This document shows, one piece after another, positions 59,956 to 64,000 of a DNA stretch of 64,000 nt (position 1 is its first letter; each line of letters starts with the position of its first letter). Origin of the DNA: Fibrobacteria bacterium (GTDB taxonomy: Bacteria; Fibrobacterota; Fibrobacteria; UBA11236); NCBI GenBank assembly GCA_041746255.1, contig JBGTHM010000019.1:32001-96000 (forward strand). Reading direction: 5' to 3'. The notes below the pieces were generated by a model. It was not told where the DNA came from. It searched no databases and saw nothing but the letters and a program-made list of their open reading frames with translations. Made by a program: the position numbers and the translations under genes.

Positions 59956-60900
59956 ATGCGAAAATCCACCGATATAACTACGGGACCTTCCGAATCGTTA
60001 CCCGATACCGTGAGAAGACCGCAATTAGATGCAGAACGGGTCGAAAAGGTCCTCAATCGAGTGCCGGGCTCTTTGACAATCGTTATACCGGTGTTCAACG
60101 AAGCCGAAGCCCTCCCGGACTTTGATCGAAGTTTACGCTCCGCCCTCAATGAAGCCGGTTTCGATTGCCGGGTGCTTTATGTCGATGACGGATCCACGGA
60201 TGCTTCCAGTCGAATATTAGCGGGCCTAGGAGCGGAATCACTTCGTCTCGAACGGAATCGCGGATACGGAGCCGCCATCAAAATCGGAATCCGTAAATCC
60301 GAAAGCGACTATGTCGCGATAATTGACGCGGACAGTACTTACAATCCTCGCGATTTGACCCGTCTCTTTTTGCAAATGGATGGTTGTGATATGATCATCG
60401 GTCTGCGTCCCCCCGAAAAAGGGCTGCGTCGCCTGGCCAAGGGTTTTCTGCAGTCCATCGCTTCCTATGCCGTCGAATACCCGATACCCGACATTAACTC
60501 CGGACTTCGGATATTCCGCCGGAGCCTGGCCCTGGATTTATACCGCCTTCTCCCCAACGGTTTTTCATTGACCAGCACCATCACGCTCGGGGCGCTTTAT
60601 GTCCCTTACATCGTGCGCTACGTTCCTATTGAGTACCTTCCCCGCGTCGGCAATTCGAAAATCCGTAAGGTAAAAGCCCTGATGAATTTTACCATGCTCA
60701 TTCTGCGTACCATGGTGCTTTTCAACCCTCTAAAATTCTTCCTCCCCACCAGCGCCGGATTTTTTATGGTGGGAACAGTTTTCCTCGTGCGCGACATTCT
60801 CGCTTATAATATCGCCCAAACTTCCATATTACTGATTACCAACTCCTTTATTTTGTTCGCCATCGGGTTATTGGCCGAAGCCATTCGTTGCCGGGAGTGA
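59956..60900 (+). CDS. Glycosyltransferase family 2 (polyprenyl-phosphate GT-like)
   Basis: VIPVFNE, VDDGSTD, NRGYGAA, IDADSTY, DINSGLR; two C-terminal TMs. Confidence 0.92.
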   Translation: MRKSTDITTGPSESLPDTVRRPQLDAERVEKVLNRVPGSLTIVIPVFNEAEALPDFDRSLRSALNEAGFDCRVLYVDDGSTDASSRILAGLGAESLRLERNRGYGAAIKIGIRKSESDYVAIIDADSTYNPRDLTRLFLQMDGCDMIIGLRPPEKGLRRLAKGFLQSIASYAVEYPIPDINSGLRIFRRSLALDLYRLLPNGFSLTSTITLGALYVPYIVRYVPIEYLPRVGNSKIRKVKALMNFTMLILRTMVLFNPLKFFLPTSAGFFMVGTVFLVRDILAYNIAQTSILLITNSFILFAIGLLAEAIRCRE

Positions 60901-60904
60901 GGAT

Positions 60905-61930
60905 ATGGTGGCTCTTGGCGATGCCGTTCCGAAATTCTCCCCCAAATCCCTGCTACTAACCATCGATACCGAAGCCGATAATCCCGAATGGGGCCGTGCC
61001 GGTGCTGCAAATACCAGCCATGTCAATCTGAAGGCCTTGCCCCGGTTTTTCCAAACCGTGAAGGAATTGGGTATACGACCCACCTTTTTCGTCACCCATT
61101 CCGTGCTGGAAGAGAAGGATTTCGCCTCTCGCATCGACCCCTTTCTGCAAGTGGGAGCCGAAATAGGCGCGCATTTACATGTCGAGGAAACTCCGCCATT
61201 CGGTCCTTGGGACGCCAAAGCGGAGGGAAGTCCCTTGCCGCTTAGCGATGAAATTCTGGAGGAAAAATTCTTCGCTCTCCATAACGCCATCACCGAAAAT
61301 TTCGGCTCACCCCTTTCATTCCGATCGGGTCGGTGGATTTTGGATGGCCGCTTGGTGAAGTTGCTGGAAAAATACCATTACCGTGTTGACTCCTCGGTTA
61401 CTCCGGGGATCTCTTGGCGTTTACTGGGGCGTCCCGATTACCTTACCTGCCCTTTGGGCGCCTATCGACTAAAGGGAGGGGGGGCCCCTCTAGACGTCGA
61501 CTCCTCGCTTTGGGAGGTCCCGGTCACCATTTGGCAGCCCCATCGTTTCAATTCTTTTCCGGGAGGTCTTTTACTAGGGCAGTTTTTAAGCATGCCCCTG
61601 CATTCCCGTACTTCCCTGACCGCAAGCATTCTGCGCACGCTTAGGCCGCGGGCCATAACCCCCCTTTGGCTTCGCCCGGCCTTTGTTTCTTCCGAGGATA
61701 TGCGGGAGGCGGCTCTGGGAGCATCCGCGCACTCGGACTACGCCCATATCATGCTGCATTCCAGCGAATTATTTCCGGGAACTTCGCCTTACGCTTCCAC
61801 TTCCGGCGAGGTGGACCGGGTTTTCCATCGTTTGGAAAAAATCTGCCGCGATCTACTTGAACGTGGATACCAACCGCGTACCCTAGGCGATTATGCCTCC
61901 CGCCTTTTTACTTCCCCCGTTACCTTGTAA
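60905..61930 (+). CDS. Polysaccharide deacetylase family (WalW-like)
   Basis: LTIDTEAD, EIGAHLH, SFRSGRW, VDSSVTP, EVPVT, HSSE. Confidence 0.85.
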   Translation: MVALGDAVPKFSPKSLLLTIDTEADNPEWGRAGAANTSHVNLKALPRFFQTVKELGIRPTFFVTHSVLEEKDFASRIDPFLQVGAEIGAHLHVEETPPFGPWDAKAEGSPLPLSDEILEEKFFALHNAITENFGSPLSFRSGRWILDGRLVKLLEKYHYRVDSSVTPGISWRLLGRPDYLTCPLGAYRLKGGGAPLDVDSSLWEVPVTIWQPHRFNSFPGGLLLGQFLSMPLHSRTSLTASILRTLRPRAITPLWLRPAFVSSEDMREAALGASAHSDYAHIMLHSSELFPGTSPYASTSGEVDRVFHRLEKICRDLLERGYQPRTLGDYASRLFTSPVTL

Positions 61931-61985
61931 AGGTTTTATTAAGGGATAGGGGCTCGATTTTGAGCTTAATCCACGAGGTGGGAAA

Positions 61986-62435
61986 ATGGAAATCTACGAA
62001 TACCTGCATAAGGACCACGAAAAGGTAAAAGCCCTGTTTCAGGAATTATCGGAAACCACGGATCGTCAGGTAAGACGGCGGCAGGACCTATTCGAAACGT
62101 TGAAGCTTGAACTGGATGCGCATTCGAAAGGAGAAGAGAAATTTTTCTACAAGCGTTTGAAGGATTCCGAGGAAGCCGGTGACCAGGTTCTGGAATCCAT
62201 TGAAGAGCATCATGTCATAGACAAACTGTTGAAAGAATTGGACAAAATGGAGAAATCACACGAATCCTGGTTGGCTAAACTCAAGGTTTTGCAGGAAAAT
62301 GTGGAACATCACGTTGAGGAAGAAGAGGGTGAGCTTTTTCCCCAGGCGAAAAAGGTGATTGATTCGAAAGAGGGCGACGAAATCCTGGAGAAAATCGAGT
62401 CCTTCAAAGAATCTCAAATAGCTTTCCGAAAATAG
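61986..62435 (+). CDS. Hemerythrin/HHE cation-binding domain protein
   Basis: DHEKV, HSKGEEKFFY, EEHH, HHVEEEE..LFP; GAGG RBS. Confidence 0.92.
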   Translation: MEIYEYLHKDHEKVKALFQELSETTDRQVRRRQDLFETLKLELDAHSKGEEKFFYKRLKDSEEAGDQVLESIEEHHVIDKLLKELDKMEKSHESWLAKLKVLQENVEHHVEEEEGELFPQAKKVIDSKEGDEILEKIESFKESQIAFRK

Positions 62436-62504
62436 GGAAAAAGGTGAGCGCAAAGCGGAGTCGCCATAGCGTCGGTACCCGTGAACTCTGGGGATTTGCT
62501 TGGG

Positions 62505-64000
62505 TCAATCCTCCCGGGTGGGGACGGAGAAATAAATAGTGGCGCCTTTATCCACCGCGCCCTCCGCCCATATTCGGCCCCCGTGTTTGTGGATAATCCG
62601 TTGGGCCGTGGCAAGCCCGATTCCCGTTCCCGGAAACTCGCTGTCATGGTGCAGCCTTTGGAATGCGCCGAACAGTCTATAAGAGTATTCCATGTCGAAT
62701 CCAGCCCCATTGTCGCGGAGATAAAAGGTCGGGCGTCCTTCCACTACCGTGCTACCCAGTTCGATTTCGGCCGGGTCCCTTCCACGCGTGAACTTCCATG
62801 CGTTTTCCAAAAGGTTGCGCAATACTTCTTCCAGCAGCCGTACGTCGCCTTCGATGGATAAGCCCGGTTCAATATGTGTCTGAACGGGCTTATCGGGGTC
62901 TTCCCGCCGCATTTCCTCGAGAATGTTCTCCGCGGCCTTACTTAAATCCATGCGATCGCGGCTGAGCTCGGCCCGTGTAAGCCGAGAGAGGTTGAGTAGT
63001 GCGTTTATCAAGGACCCCATTCTCTCGGCCGCGGCGCGAATTCGGCGCAAATAATCCTGGCCTTGGGCGTCCATCACCCGTTCATAGCGCGAAGTGAGTA
63101 CCTGACTGAATCCCTCGATACTGCGCAAGGGAGCGCGCAGGTCATGGGATACCGAATAGCTAAAGGCCTCGAGTTCATTATTGGTAAGTTTGAGCAGGCG
63201 GCTTTGTTCCTCGATTTCCGCATTCATGATCTGGGTTACGGCAAGCCTTCGTGACGCCACCCGGCCTAGATATACCGCTAATGTGAGCAAAAACCCCATT
63301 AGCAAGCCCGCGATAAGTACGACTGTGGGCAGGGGAGAGGTAATGGACTGAATCGCGCTTCTCCGGGGCCAAACCGTTATGCTCCATATGTTTCCGCCCA
63401 GCGAATAATTGCCCCTGGCGGCATACCTGCTTTTCCCCTCCTGTGGAAGGGCGCTGGCAAAAAGCAAGCCTCTTTCGGCGCCGATGGCTACTTGGTAGTC
63501 GAGGTTGAAAATATTCTTGAAAACGGAGCCGAAAAATTCATCGGCATTAAGATTCGCAAAATAAAAGCCGGCGGGGGCTCCCTCTCCACCGATAGGTGTC
63601 AGCAAATGAAATTGGGAGGAGGCGCCGGCAACGAAAGTAGAGCCTCCGAGACTGGTTTTCCCCTTCGATAAAGCTTCCCGGCGAAGTTCGTCGGGAATGA
63701 GAGAGCTTGCGAATCCGGAAGAAACCGAGGCGTCTTCGGATTCGAAAGCGGATATGGTTTTAGTAATAACACCGTTGGTTTCGGCCCGATGGATAAATAG
63801 AAATTCGGGAAAGTCTTGGACATAAAGTCGGGCGTCACCTTCCCAACCTGTAGGCGAAATGTCTTCCGAATTCGAAATGTTGGAAGCAACTCCATTCCGA
63901 GGTAACCAACGAGCTGCCATGCGTTCCATGGCGGAGGTGCGTGCGCTGAGGGCCGAGTGCAATTCGACCGTCACGGCGTTTAGCATGGTTCGACTCAGTC
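62505..64000 (-). CDS. Membrane sensor histidine kinase, 5' truncated by window edge
   Basis: H-box FSYSVSHDLRAPLR, NLLENAWKF, DNGAGFD, GTGIGLA; preceding TM and periplasmic sensor region. Confidence 0.93.
   Translation of the reverse strand, partial: LSRTMLNAVTVELHSALSARTSAMERMAARWLPRNGVASNISNSEDISPTGWEGDARLYVQDFPEFLFIHRAETNGVITKTISAFESEDASVSSGFASSLIPDELRREALSKGKTSLGGSTFVAGASSQFHLLTPIGGEGAPAGFYFANLNADEFFGSVFKNIFNLDYQVAIGAERGLLFASALPQEGKSRYAARGNYSLGGNIWSITVWPRRSAIQSITSPLPTVVLIAGLLMGFLLTLAVYLGRVASRRLAVTQIMNAEIEEQSRLLKLTNNELEAFSYSVSHDLRAPLRSIEGFSQVLTSRYERVMDAQGQDYLRRIRAAAERMGSLINALLNLSRLTRAELSRDRMDLSKAAENILEEMRREDPDKPVQTHIEPGLSIEGDVRLLEEVLRNLLENAWKFTRGRDPAEIELGSTVVEGRPTFYLRDNGAGFDMEYSYRLFGAFQRLHHDSEFPGTGIGLATAQRIIHKHGGRIWAEGAVDKGATIYFSVPTRED

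Noticed and set aside
1..64000. CRISPR array, tRNA/rRNA, prophage or transposase
   Set aside because: None recognised by eye; a covariance-model search would be needed to exclude small RNAs

Overview
Bacterial chromosomal window of roughly 50-55% GC, with lower-GC patches. T9SS-type PorV/PorZ-like genes and 'DALGR'/Ig-like C-terminal tails point to an FCB-group organism, plausibly Fibrobacterota (inference). 1-16.5 kb is mostly housekeeping: MazG-like, aroC, an arylamine N-acetyltransferase, rpe, a K+/H+ antiporter, pdxA, sdaA, ettA, PNP, ileS, a DksA/TraR-like gene and PilZ. It also holds an 81-bp MITE-like inverted-repeat element with a TTA duplication. 16.5-24 kb is an envelope/T9SS-like locus: a PorV/PorQ-barrel-TPR-degenerate phosphoesterase-propeller fusion, DUF2225, lpxK and a porZ-like gene. 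24.6-26.3 kb holds two secreted accessory proteins. 26.8-43.5 kb and 52.5-62 kb are surface-glycan biosynthesis/tailoring loci, separated by a sulfite/nitrite reductase operon with two Rrf2-like operators and some housekeeping genes. The best candidate for an undescribed system is the operon GT-C / SxtJ-like / SxtK-like / carbamoyltransferase / SGNH. Its small membrane peptide ends in FIYTLF, matching the DltX/MBOAT acyl-shuttle motif, which suggests an MBOAT-free transmembrane carbamoyl relay for envelope glycans. No rRNA, tRNA, CRISPR array or transposase was recognised.
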